From Thermoanaerobaculia bacterium (lineage in GTDB: Bacteria; Acidobacteriota; Thermoanaerobaculia; Multivoradales; Multivoraceae): a stretch of DNA of 64,000 nucleotides. The notes below the pieces were generated by a model. That model did no database searches, had not been told where the DNA came from, and worked only from the letters and a program-made list of their open reading frames with translations. The position numbers were made by a program, and so were the translations under genes. The stretch is from the NCBI GenBank assembly GCA_963664405.1, contig OY761158.1, forward strand, positions 6,080,001 to 6,144,000, given 5' to 3'. Below are positions 28,400 to 38,234 of the stretch, in pieces (position 1 is the stretch's first letter; each line of letters starts with the position of its first letter).

Positions 28400-30055
28400 A
28401 TGTCTTCACTCTCACGGTGGACCCGAAGACGCTTTATCGCGACGGCCGCGACCGCCGCCGGCGCGGCAAGCCTGCCGGGCTTTCCCGCCCTTTCGGACGA
28501 CGGTTGGTGGGCCGGCTCGCTCGCGCACCTACTCCCCGCCGCCAGCCACGATCGTGTCGCGATCAAATGCTCGTTCACAGATTCTCTCGACTCTCTGCCG
28601 ATTCTCCGTATCGGCAGGCGCGAGGTCGCCGGTCGAAGCACTGATTCCGAACGACGCTTCTTCTCCTTCGATGCCGCCGGCCTCGAGTCCGACGTCGAGT
28701 ACCCTCTCCAGCTCGTTGACAGTGGCGGCCAAGCTCTAAGCGATACCTGGCCGCTGCGCACCTTTCCTCGACCTGATGCCGAGCCCGAGTCGGTTCGCCT
28801 GCTGGCCTATACCTGCGCCGGCGGTCACCCCGCCACCGGATCGTTCCTGCCGCTCGACGTTCGTCGTCGCCTGCTCCGACGTGCGCTTTCGTTTCACCCA
28901 CGGGCCGCGTTCGCGATCGGAGACCACATCTATTGGGATCAGCGCACCAGTTTGGAGAACCGTACCGAGGAGAGGGAGAGAGCGACGAAGGCCTTCTACG
29001 AGGAGGTCGGTTGGCTCGACCGCACCATGCCGGTGTTTGGAACCCGCAACGAGACTTCGATCAAGGCCGCGGTGGGCCCACAGATCAGCCAGCTCTATGG
29101 CGTGATGCTGCGCTCGACGCCGTCGTACTTCGTCAGCGACGACCATGACTATTACGAGAATGACGACGCCGACCCGAATATGGTGACCTTCCCGCCCGAT
29201 CACTATCAGCTCGATTTTGCCCGCTTCACTCGCAATGCCTACCTGCCGGAGTTTCTCCCCGACAGGGAGCGACCGCTGTCGATGTCGGGAACCGGCGCCG
29301 GCGATCGCGCCGCTGGGATCTCGGAAGCCTTCGGCAGTTTCCGCTATGGCCGTCTGGCCGAAGCCCTTGTTTATGACTGCGCACGCTATCTGTCTCTCAA
29401 GGGCGACCATGCCGGGCTGGTGCCGCCCGAGGCCGAGGCTTGGTTGCACCGGCGCACTCGCGACCAGAGCGTTGCCCAGCTTCTCCACATACCCTCCCAT
29501 CCCTTCGGCTGGACGGCCGGCAAGTGGCGCGAGTGGTACCCCGATGTCGCCGACGTCGGAAGCGGGGCGAGTCCGGCCGTGTCACAGATCGGTCAGGTCA
29601 AGCCGGGCGACAGCTTTCGCCTCACCACCGAGCGCGACAAGTACTTCTGGCAGAAGGGTTGGTGGAGCCAGCACCAGCGCCTCCTCGAGAGCATGAGCTC
29701 CCAATCGAGGCGGTCGGCGATCGTCCTCTCCGGGGATCTGCACGCGATCGGCCATGCGGCGATCGAGCGCAGCGGTAACCTGGATCTCTCCGCCAACCCG
29801 GTGCATGCGGTCCTGACCGGTACGCTCGGTACCGAGAAGGGGTGGCCGTCGGCCGCGCGGGGGAGCGGGCCGGTGCCGGCGATCGGCCTGGTGCACGAGG
29901 ACATAGCACCGGCAGTGGAGAAGAACGGCTTCACTCTCCTCGACGTCAGTCCGGCGGAAGTGAAGATCCGTCTCTTCGCCTGGAAGAGCAACGAGGCGGT
30001 GGAGAGAATCGATGCCCTCGAGCCTTACCACACCTACTCCATCCAACGTTCGTAG
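28400..30055 (+). CDS. Tat-exported PhoD-like metallophosphoesterase
   Basis: TRRRFI Tat motif; GDHIYWD, DDHDYYEND, LSGDLH. Confidence 0.75.
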   Translation: MSSLSRWTRRRFIATAATAAGAASLPGFPALSDDGWWAGSLAHLLPAASHDRVAIKCSFTDSLDSLPILRIGRREVAGRSTDSERRFFSFDAAGLESDVEYPLQLVDSGGQALSDTWPLRTFPRPDAEPESVRLLAYTCAGGHPATGSFLPLDVRRRLLRRALSFHPRAAFAIGDHIYWDQRTSLENRTEERERATKAFYEEVGWLDRTMPVFGTRNETSIKAAVGPQISQLYGVMLRSTPSYFVSDDHDYYENDDADPNMVTFPPDHYQLDFARFTRNAYLPEFLPDRERPLSMSGTGAGDRAAGISEAFGSFRYGRLAEALVYDCARYLSLKGDHAGLVPPEAEAWLHRRTRDQSVAQLLHIPSHPFGWTAGKWREWYPDVADVGSGASPAVSQIGQVKPGDSFRLTTERDKYFWQKGWWSQHQRLLESMSSQSRRSAIVLSGDLHAIGHAAIERSGNLDLSANPVHAVLTGTLGTEKGWPSAARGSGPVPAIGLVHEDIAPAVEKNGFTLLDVSPAEVKIRLFAWKSNEAVERIDALEPYHTYSIQRS

Positions 30056-30087
30056 GATTCCATCTGACATTCCAAGGAGGTAGCAGC

Positions 30088-31585
30088 ATGGCGAATGAGA
30101 AGAGCAATCCCACCAGACGCGAAGTTCTCGTGGGAGCGGCGGCGGCCACTGCGGCGGCTCTGTCCGGATGCGGCGGTGAGGCCCCGGCACCGATACCGGG
30201 GCCCCGCGCGACGAAGCGACCCAATATTCTCTTTCTCTTTTCCGATCAGCATCGTCCCGACTGGCTCGGCCGCACGCCGTCGATCCCGGTTCCGACCCCC
30301 AACATGGACCGGCTGGCCGCCCGCGGCGTCGACTTCGCCCAGACCATCACCCCGGCGCCGGTGTGCGGACCGTCGCGGGCCTGCCTGGCGTCGGGCATGG
30401 AATACGAGAACTGTGGCGTCGCACAGAACTCGGTCCCCTTCCCCTTGGACAGGACGACCTTCTACCGCCTGCTCCGAGAAAGCGGCTACCACACCATGGC
30501 GACCGGCAAGATCGACCTGCACTAGGGCGCCGGCGGTCGCAGCTCTGATGGGCGCAAGTTCATGGAGGAGTGGGGCTTCTCCGACACGGTGATCACCGGC
30601 AGCAAGAACGCCGCCCAACGACCCGTATGGGGTCTACCTGGACTCGCTGGATCCACCCATGCGTCTCATCCACTCCGAAGACATGGCTCGACGGAAAACG
30701 CCCCGCGAGGAGAACTGGTGGGGGATGACGGAGCCGACCGCGCTCAGCGACGAGGCCTATAAAGACAGCTACACCGTTCGCACCGGTCTCGAGCTGCTCG
30801 ATCGAGCCCCCGAGGGCAAGCCCTGGTTCTTGTTCATGAACACCAACGGTCCCCATCCGTCGATGGACATCACCCGCCGCATGGAAGCGGAGTATCGCGG
30901 CCCCGACCGCGTCATCGAAGACTTCCCACAGCCCCACAACTACGCCGGGTTGGCACGGGGGAGAAGCGAGGGCCGGCTGCTGGCCCCGCAGGCTCCCTTC
31001 ACGCCGGAGAGGCACATCCGCATTCGCCAGAACTACTCGGCAATCGTCGAGAACATCGATCGCTGGCTGGGTATCTGCCAGGAGCGTCTCGAGGAGCGTG
31101 GCGAGCTCGACAACACGATCGTCATCTATTCGAGCGACCACGGCGAGATGCTTGGCGATCACGACTGGTGGGGCAAGTCTTTTCCTTTCCAGATGTCCGC
31201 CGGAGTGCCGCTGATCATGGCCGGCCCCGGCATCGCCGCCGGCGGGAGGAGCGACGCGTTGGTGAGTCTGATGGACCTCAGCGCCACCTGTCTCGACTTT
31301 GCCGAAGTAGCGGTGCCAGAGGAGATGGAGAGCCGCTCCTTGCGCGGCCTGCTCGATGCCGGCGAAGGTGAGCATCGCGACTATCTACGTTCAGCGTTGA
31401 AGACAGGATACGCGGAGTCGGGCCGCTGGCGGAGCGTGCAGGATCATCGCTACAAGCTCATCGAAGGCTTCTTCGAAGAGCGAACGCTCTTCGATCTCGA
31501 GGCGGATCCGCTGGAGAACGAGAATATCGCCGCAGGCAAGCCGGGAGACGTCGCGCGGCTCGAGAAGCTTTTTGTAAGTGCCTGA
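30088..31585 (+). pseudogene. Sulfatase paralog 3, disrupted by an in-frame TAG (30523-30525) and a frameshift (~30612)
   Basis: RBS AAGGAGG; TRREVL, CGPSRA; homology to paralogs 1 and 2 continues across three ORF pieces. Confidence 0.85.
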
Positions 31586-32955
31586 AGGAGGGCTGTTCTT
31601 CTCCTCAGCGATTCGGTCCGCGATCCATCGGGTAGGGCTGCCAGCGCTCCAGAGGCGTGCGTGGTAACACGTCAGGGTTCACGCAGCTGCGGGGCCAGCG
31701 CCCAGAGAGCACGGTCGCCAGCTCACGACCCAAACGCCGTCGCGTCTCCGGCATCATGCGCGCCGTGGCGGATGCGATGTGCGGTGTGAGGATCACGTTG
31801 GGCAGCTCGAGTAAGGGGTTGTCGGGCGCCGGCGGCTCTTTTTCGAACACGTCGAGCGCGGCGAAGGCGATCCCGCCCGACTTCAAGGCATCTATCAACG
31901 CACCCTCGTCGACGCTGGGACCGCGCCCGGTATTGATGAAGGCGGCTCCCGGCTTCATCGCGGCAAAGCGCTCGGCATTCATCAGATGCTTCGTCTCCTC
32001 ATTCAGCGGCGCGTGCACGGAGACATAGTCGGATCGCTCCAACAGCTCACCGAGACCCACCGGCTCGACTCCGGCCTCGGTCATCTTGAGCTCGGAAACG
32101 TAGGGGTCGTAGGCGATGATGTGAAAGCCGAAAGGCTTCGCTCTCTTCGCCACCGCGCGCGCGACGTTGCCGAAAGAGACGAGCCCGAGGGTGCGCCCCC
32201 ACAATCGTGGTATGTCCACGAAAGCCGGGCGGCCGTTAGCCCACGCACCCTCTCTCACCATGCGATCCATGACGTTCAATCGGCGGGCGGAAGCGAGAAT
32301 GAGCGCCATGGCATGATCGGCCACTTCCTCGATGAAGACGTCAGGCACGTTGGTGACGACGATGCCCGCCTTGGTCGCGGCGGGGACCTCGACCGTATCG
32401 GTGCCGACGCTACCGCAGCCGATGACCACGCAGCCATCGAGATTCTCGATGATGCGAGCATCGATGAAGCGCCAACGCGCGATGACGGCATCTGCGTCCG
32501 TGGCCTCGGCGATGAAGTCCTCGATGCTCTCCGCTTCGACCTGCACGATCTCGGCGCCGATGGGGTCCAGGGCCTCGCGCTCGAGTGCGTAGCTCTCGTC
32601 TCCCATGTCGAAGCTCGGCCCTCGGGGCGCCTGTACCACAATCTTGTGCTTTCGCTCGGCGTTCAATTCTTCGCTCCTCTCCTCGTTGGCAACCCAGCCT
32701 CTGCCGGGCTCCCCAGTATTCCACAGACGGCGGCTCTTGCCACGACTGTCTACGCGTGACGTCGGCGAGATCGCTCTCCGCCTCGTCGACCGGTGCGATA
32801 TGATCGATGGCGCCGTAAGAAAAACGCTTGTATCTTGTTTCCGGCCCTCTTCGATTGCGAAGCGGATCTTCTGGAGTATGAGAATGTTGCCGCCAGCAAG
32901 CCGGGAGAGGTCGCGCGGCTCGAGAAGCTTCTTGTAAGTGCCTGAAGGAGGGCTG
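31487..32955 (+). repeat. 109-bp imperfect direct repeat (31487-31595 and 32847-32955) comprising the sulfatase 3' end
   Basis: GCAAGCCGGGAGA(C/G)GTCGCGCGGCTCGAGAAGCTT(T/C)TTGTAAGTGCCTGAAGGAGGGCTG present in both, offset 1360 bp. Confidence 0.9.
31605..32666 (-). CDS. D-isomer-specific 2-hydroxyacid dehydrogenase (CtBP-like), paralog A
   Basis: VTNVPD..EEVADHA, TLGLVSFGNVAR, INTGRG, LDVFEKEP, TPHIAS. Confidence 0.9.
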   Translation of the reverse strand: MNAERKHKIVVQAPRGPSFDMGDESYALEREALDPIGAEIVQVEAESIEDFIAEATDADAVIARWRFIDARIIENLDGCVVIGCGSVGTDTVEVPAATKAGIVVTNVPDVFIEEVADHAMALILASARRLNVMDRMVREGAWANGRPAFVDIPRLWGRTLGLVSFGNVARAVAKRAKPFGFHIIAYDPYVSELKMTEAGVEPVGLGELLERSDYVSVHAPLNEETKHLMNAERFAAMKPGAAFINTGRGPSVDEGALIDALKSGGIAFAALDVFEKEPPAPDNPLLELPNVILTPHIASATARMMPETRRRLGRELATVLSGRWPRSCVNPDVLPRTPLERWQPYPMDRGPNR

Positions 32956-32963
32956 GTTCCTTT

Positions 32964-35519
32964 ATGAGATCGAGAATCATTCTGCTCGTGTCGCTTCTCT
33001 TCTCGTCGCCGCTGCTCGGCTACGACTTGCCCGCCGAGCTGCGTCAGCGTGTCGATCGTTTGGTGGCGGGGGTCGAAGCCTCGCCGACCACTGCCAATAA
33101 CGCCGTCGAGCGCATGGGCGTGCTCTGGGAGTGGGCTAACGAGGTGTCGGTGCAGGGAGGCTTCGTGCCGCAGAACCTATCTCTCGCCGCACTGTCCATT
33201 CTGCAGGCTCCCGACTATCGCGACCCCGCCAACCCGAGCTTCGGAGCCGATCAGATCGCGGCGGTCGACAACTATACCCGTCATCTTGCCATTCTCGACG
33301 AGGAGCCGAACGCACTGGGAACGGTCTCGATCGAACCTGCTTCAGTCGAGGCGGACACTTTGCAGACGATCCGAGTCACTTGGCGGGTCGGTAGCGCCGG
33401 CGTGGCGGAGGGGGGCGCTCTGATGGTCGCCAGAGGGCGCGCTGGCGGCTACGGCCGCATCCAGACCGAGAATCCGGCGGGCGATAACTACGTCTCGGTG
33501 AGCAGTGGCAATGGGGCAGTGCGTTTCGAGCGCGACGGAGAGGCGCCGGCCTGGGGCCCTTCGATCATCGCGGCCGGGGAGACATTCCCTCTGTTTCGGG
33601 TCCGAGGTGGAGCGTTGAATGAGGGCGATGAGGTTACCGTCGTCTACGGCGACCGCTCGGGCGGAAGCAAGGGCTTCAAGATCGGCATCTTCTCGAACGA
33701 CGCCATAACTCTGCCACTGCAAGTCGATCCCGGCGACGGGAGCTTCTTCTCGGTACCGGTCGCGAGCTTCCGAGTCGTTGGCGGCGAAGCATTCGGAGTC
33801 CATGGTTTCGCACCTTCGATCGTCGCCACCCGCGAGCGCTTCACCATCTCGGTGCGCAGCGAGGACCGCTACTACAACCGAGCGACGGGGGCGATTCCCG
33901 CCTACGAGGTCTATGTCAACGGCGAGCGTGACGGCGAGCTGCCGGCCGGCCAAGCGCTGCACGATCTGCCGATGCGTTTCGCCAAACCCGGCGTCTACCG
34001 CATCTCTCTGCGTAGCTCGGACGGCGCGATCGCGGGAACCGCCAACCCGGTCTGGGTGCAGAAAGAGCCGACGACGCGCCTCTACTGGGGCGAGACCCAC
34101 GGCCACTGCGGTTTCGCCGAGGGGCAGGGGACACCCGAAGGCTACTTCGGCTTCGCCCGTGATGACGCCAAGCTCGATTTCGTCACCCTTACCGAGCACG
34201 ACATCTGGCTGACCGATGGCGAATGGAAGTACCTCAACGAGGTCGCTGCCGAGTTTCATCGCGAGGGAGAGCTGATCGTCTACCCCGGCTACGAGTGGTC
34301 GATGCGTCGGCAGTGGGGTGGGCATCACAACGTCTTTTTCCGCCGCCCGGGCTTCGAGCGCGTGTCGAGCCATGAAGCACCCGTCCTGACTATGTTGTAT
34401 CGGGGGCTACGCGAAAAGCACGATCCCGCCGATGTTCTGATCATCCCCCATGCCCACCAGAATGGCGACTGGCGCCTCAACGACTTCGAGATGGAGCGCC
34501 TGATCGAAGTGATGTCGGGACACGGCACTTTCGAGTGGTTCGGGCAGCGCTATCTGGAGAGCGGCTTCCGGGTCGGCTTCGTCGGCGCCTCCGACGACCA
34601 TCGCGGCCACCCGGGGTACTCGCCCGGGCATCCGTCGACCGAGGGCCGGCGCTCCGGCATCTTCCAGTTCGGCGGCCTGGCCGCGGTCTGGGCACGAAAC
34701 AAGAGCACCGACACTGTCTTCGACGCCCTGAAGGCGCGCAGCGCCTACGGCGTTACCGGCGCACAGCGCATCATTCTCGACGCTCGCCTCAATGGCAGTG
34801 GAATGGGGCGCGAGCTCGAGCCCTCGGAGACTCGGGAGATTGAGGGTCGGGTCATCGGTACCGGGCCGATTCGTGCCATCGAGCTGATCAAGAACAGCAA
34901 GGTGGCGGCGAGCTTCGATCCCGGTGGAGGAGAGGCGGCGAGTGGGGAAGTCGTGGTCGGCTTCGTCTCCGAGTCCTACATCTCGAGGCCGAACCGCGAC
35001 AATCCGCGCGGCCATCGCACCTGGCGGGGCTCTCTGGAGGTCGAGAATGGGGAGGTGGTGAGTGTGCGTTACCTCGGTACGCCGCACCTCGACGCCGACC
35101 GGCTCGAAATCCAAGATGGCAGAGTGCTCTTCGACGTTGCCACACGGGGATCGCGTCGCTCCATCGCCCTGACTCTCGAGGGCGCTTCGCCCTCGCCTCG
35201 TCTCAGCTTCGAGCTCGAGGAGGGCCGCGAGCGGGGGACAGCGCCCACCCAGATCCGGACTCCTCAGCAGTTTGCGGCAGCCCGCTTCACCCTGTCGGTA
35301 CCGACGGCCGGCGATGCGGCCAACGAGGAGGTGCTCCGGACCGGGCGCTATCGCGACCGGGTCACGGTCGAGCGGGCCGCGGGCCTGCGGGACGATGTTC
35401 AGTTTCACTTCTCGGATCGCGGCGAACCGGGAGACTGGTATTACGTGCGGGTCGAGCAGCTCGACGGCCATCTGGCCTGGTCGAGCCCGTGGTGGGTCGG
35501 CGGTGAGCCGCCTCGTTGA
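32964..35519 (+). CDS. Secreted DUF3604/PHP-like metallohydrolase, long type A
   Basis: Signal peptide; WGETHGH, TEHD, GYEW, GHHNV, PHAH, SDDH, WYYVRV.Q.DGHLAWSSP.W. Confidence 0.75.
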   Translation: MRSRIILLVSLLFSSPLLGYDLPAELRQRVDRLVAGVEASPTTANNAVERMGVLWEWANEVSVQGGFVPQNLSLAALSILQAPDYRDPANPSFGADQIAAVDNYTRHLAILDEEPNALGTVSIEPASVEADTLQTIRVTWRVGSAGVAEGGALMVARGRAGGYGRIQTENPAGDNYVSVSSGNGAVRFERDGEAPAWGPSIIAAGETFPLFRVRGGALNEGDEVTVVYGDRSGGSKGFKIGIFSNDAITLPLQVDPGDGSFFSVPVASFRVVGGEAFGVHGFAPSIVATRERFTISVRSEDRYYNRATGAIPAYEVYVNGERDGELPAGQALHDLPMRFAKPGVYRISLRSSDGAIAGTANPVWVQKEPTTRLYWGETHGHCGFAEGQGTPEGYFGFARDDAKLDFVTLTEHDIWLTDGEWKYLNEVAAEFHREGELIVYPGYEWSMRRQWGGHHNVFFRRPGFERVSSHEAPVLTMLYRGLREKHDPADVLIIPHAHQNGDWRLNDFEMERLIEVMSGHGTFEWFGQRYLESGFRVGFVGASDDHRGHPGYSPGHPSTEGRRSGIFQFGGLAAVWARNKSTDTVFDALKARSAYGVTGAQRIILDARLNGSGMGRELEPSETREIEGRVIGTGPIRAIELIKNSKVAASFDPGGGEAASGEVVVGFVSESYISRPNRDNPRGHRTWRGSLEVENGEVVSVRYLGTPHLDADRLEIQDGRVLFDVATRGSRRSIALTLEGASPSPRLSFELEEGRERGTAPTQIRTPQQFAAARFTLSVPTAGDAANEEVLRTGRYRDRVTVERAAGLRDDVQFHFSDRGEPGDWYYVRVEQLDGHLAWSSPWWVGGEPPR

Positions 35520-35578
35520 CGCTCGCAAGATCAGTCAATCGATGAGGGCCGAAGTAATCTAATTATGAGGAGCTAGGA

Positions 35579-37069
35579 ATGCAGGACTTTTGTTTTCGGT
35601 CATCGGTCTTCACGGCGGCGTTGCTGGTTCTCCTTCTCGGCTGCGGTGCGCCCGAGCCCGAGGCGCCGACGAGCGTGGAGCCCTCGCAGAAGAATGTACT
35701 TTTCATCGTGCTCGACGACTTCAACGTCGCCCTCGGCACCTACGCCCATTCGACGGCGAAAACCCCGAATATGGACCGCCTCGCCGCTCAAGGCGTGCGC
35801 TTCGATCGCGCCTACTCTCAGGATCCTGTTTGTAATCCGTCCCGGAGCTCGTTTCTGAGTGGCCGCCGCCCCGCCACCACCCAGGTCTACGGCAACTTCA
35901 CCGGGCCGCGCCACGTGATGGGAGACGTGGTGATGCTGCCCGAGCACTTTGCCGCTCAGGGCTATTTCACCGCCCGCGTTGGCAAGATCGCTCACGGCCG
36001 CTACGAAGGCCAGGTGAGCTGGGATATCTCCGAGAACGCGATCAGGCGCGAGCACTATCTGCCGGGGGTCGACCATGCGACCGTCCACGACAACACCTGG
36101 CCCGAGGACGCTCCCAGGGGCCTGTCGCGCGAGGACGCATTCGCGGGAACCGGCCGTAGCGGTGGGCTGCCGCTGACCTGGCGAGCCACCGACGAGCTCG
36201 AAGAAGAAACCCCCGACGGCAAGACCGCGCGCCGCATCGTCGAGCTCTTACGCGAGCACAAAGACGAGCCGTTCTTTATCGCCGCCGGCTTTCACAAACC
36301 CCATCAGCCCTGGGTGGCCCCGGCCAGCTTTTTCGAGCAGCATCCGGTGGAAGAGATCGTGTGGCCCCATACACCGGAAGACGACCTCGACGACATCCCG
36401 GCTCCAGCGCTAGGCAACTATCCTGACGACAAGGAGCACAGCAGGCTGCAGGAGCGTCAGGCGATCGCGGCCTACCACGCGACAGTGACGCTAGTCGACA
36501 ATCAGGTCGGCCTACTGCTTGACACTCTGCAAGAGCTCGGTCTGGAGGAATCGACCATCGTCATGCTAGTCAGCGATCACGGCTTCCATCTCGGCGAGCA
36601 CGGAGGCCTGTGGCGCAAACACACCCAGTTCGAAGAATCGACACGGGTACCCCTGATCGTCCGGTCGCCGGGCCACGCGTCCGGCGCCACGACTCAGGGC
36701 CTGGTCGAGCTGGTCGATCTCTACCCGACCCTGGCCGACCTCTGCGACCTCCCTCTCCCCGCCGGCCTCGAAGGCAAGAGCTTTCGGCCGCTGCTCGAAG
36801 ATCCCAGCCGCAGCTGGAAGACCGCGGTCTTCTCCGGCGCGCAGCGACATGGCTTTCACGGCCGGACCGTGCGTACCACTCGCCACCGCTACACCGAATG
36901 GACTCCGCTCGAAGGCGATGGAGAGGTGCTACTGGAGCTCTACGACCTCGAGGTCGACCCGCACGAGTTCAAGAACCTCGCCTCTTTGGCTGAGCACCTA
37001 GAGCTGAGAGACGATCTCGCGCGTCAGCTCGCGGCCGATTGGCAGGCGGTGGCGCCGACGGCGCGTTGA
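35579..37069 (+). CDS. Sulfatase (iduronate-2-sulfatase-like) lipoprotein
   Basis: LLGC lipobox; NVLFIVLDD, CNPSR, GFHKPH.PW, SDHGFHLGEHG. Confidence 0.92.
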   Translation: MQDFCFRSSVFTAALLVLLLGCGAPEPEAPTSVEPSQKNVLFIVLDDFNVALGTYAHSTAKTPNMDRLAAQGVRFDRAYSQDPVCNPSRSSFLSGRRPATTQVYGNFTGPRHVMGDVVMLPEHFAAQGYFTARVGKIAHGRYEGQVSWDISENAIRREHYLPGVDHATVHDNTWPEDAPRGLSREDAFAGTGRSGGLPLTWRATDELEEETPDGKTARRIVELLREHKDEPFFIAAGFHKPHQPWVAPASFFEQHPVEEIVWPHTPEDDLDDIPAPALGNYPDDKEHSRLQERQAIAAYHATVTLVDNQVGLLLDTLQELGLEESTIVMLVSDHGFHLGEHGGLWRKHTQFEESTRVPLIVRSPGHASGATTQGLVELVDLYPTLADLCDLPLPAGLEGKSFRPLLEDPSRSWKTAVFSGAQRHGFHGRTVRTTRHRYTEWTPLEGDGEVLLELYDLEVDPHEFKNLASLAEHLELRDDLARQLAADWQAVAPTAR

Positions 37070-37100
37070 CGCGCTGACGGGGCGCGATATTGTGCCGTCC

Positions 37101-38159
37101 ATGCGACGAGCGATCTCGACTCTAGTGATCGCCGCGCTCTTCGTGAGCGCCGGACCGGGCGCAGCCACGACGGGTGAGTGCACTCCTGACACACTCGATG
37201 CCTGCGGCTACGGCCCCTCCCTGGAGCAGGGCTTCACGACCGCGCCCGAGCGCACCGTAGAGCTCGATTACACCGACGTCACGGGGGCGAAGCGACGCTT
37301 CTCGATCGCGCTGCGGCGCCCGCTCGACGCGCCGGAGCCGCTGCCGATCGTAGTCTGGTCCCACGGCGGCGCGCTAGGTCAGAACGATCCCGCGAAGGTG
37401 GGCACCGGCTGGGGCCGCGTCTTCACCGGCGCCGGATACCTGTTCGTCGCCATCGCCCATCATCAACGTGGCGGCGTCGGGCAGCGCCTGCCGATCTGCG
37501 AGGCCCTGGGCTACGACGAGAAGGCCTGCGAGAGGTTCAAGTTCCTGAACTGGGACCGTCCGCACGACGTGGCGAGGGTTCTCGACTGGATCGACCAGCA
37601 GGCGGCGGGCCCGCTGCTGGGGCGTATCGACCCGCGTCGGCTGGCCTATGCCGGGCACTCGGCCGGAGCCGGTGCGGCGCTCGCGGTGGCGGGTGCGGGG
37701 CGCGACTTCGCCGGCAACGTGCGCACGCTCTCCGATCCGCGGCCGCTGGCCTTCATCGGCGACTCGCCACAGGGCGTCGGTTACGACGGTTTCGAGGCGA
37801 CATCCTTCGAAGCGATCTCTCGGCCGTTCCTAACCCTGAGCGGTGTCGGCGACGCCACAAACTCTCATCCCGCCCAGGAGCGGCGCGACGCCTTCGAGCG
37901 CATGATGCCGGGCAACGCCTTCCTCGGCTGGATCACCGACCCGGCCACACGCCATGGCACCTTCAATCTGGAAGCGCGTGCCTGCATGCGTGGCGGCGCC
38001 GAAGAGACCCGGTGTGCAAAGCACCTCGAGTGGCTCGCTGCGGCTGCGCTCGCCTTCGTCGACAGCTACTTGCGAGGCGACGCCGACGCTCGCGCCTATC
38101 TCGAATCCGACCGGTTGGGCGTTCTCAGCGGCGGCGCGTTCGAGCTGTCGCGTCGCTAG
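37101..38159 (+). CDS. Secreted alpha/beta hydrolase
   Basis: VVWSHGG oxyanion loop, AGHSAG nucleophile elbow. Confidence 0.8.
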   Translation: MRRAISTLVIAALFVSAGPGAATTGECTPDTLDACGYGPSLEQGFTTAPERTVELDYTDVTGAKRRFSIALRRPLDAPEPLPIVVWSHGGALGQNDPAKVGTGWGRVFTGAGYLFVAIAHHQRGGVGQRLPICEALGYDEKACERFKFLNWDRPHDVARVLDWIDQQAAGPLLGRIDPRRLAYAGHSAGAGAALAVAGAGRDFAGNVRTLSDPRPLAFIGDSPQGVGYDGFEATSFEAISRPFLTLSGVGDATNSHPAQERRDAFERMMPGNAFLGWITDPATRHGTFNLEARACMRGGAEETRCAKHLEWLAAAALAFVDSYLRGDADARAYLESDRLGVLSGGAFELSRR

Positions 38160-38234
38160 CGGAGGTACCGGGCCTGTCGTGGAAGAATCTGGAACCGATG
38201 CTCCCGCGTCACTGCGCTGACGCATAGAGGAATC

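Noticed and set aside
30523-30525. Pyrrolysine or amber recoding in sulfatase 3
   Set aside because: A frameshift follows shortly after, TAG is an ordinary stop for many genes here, and no pyl genes are visible
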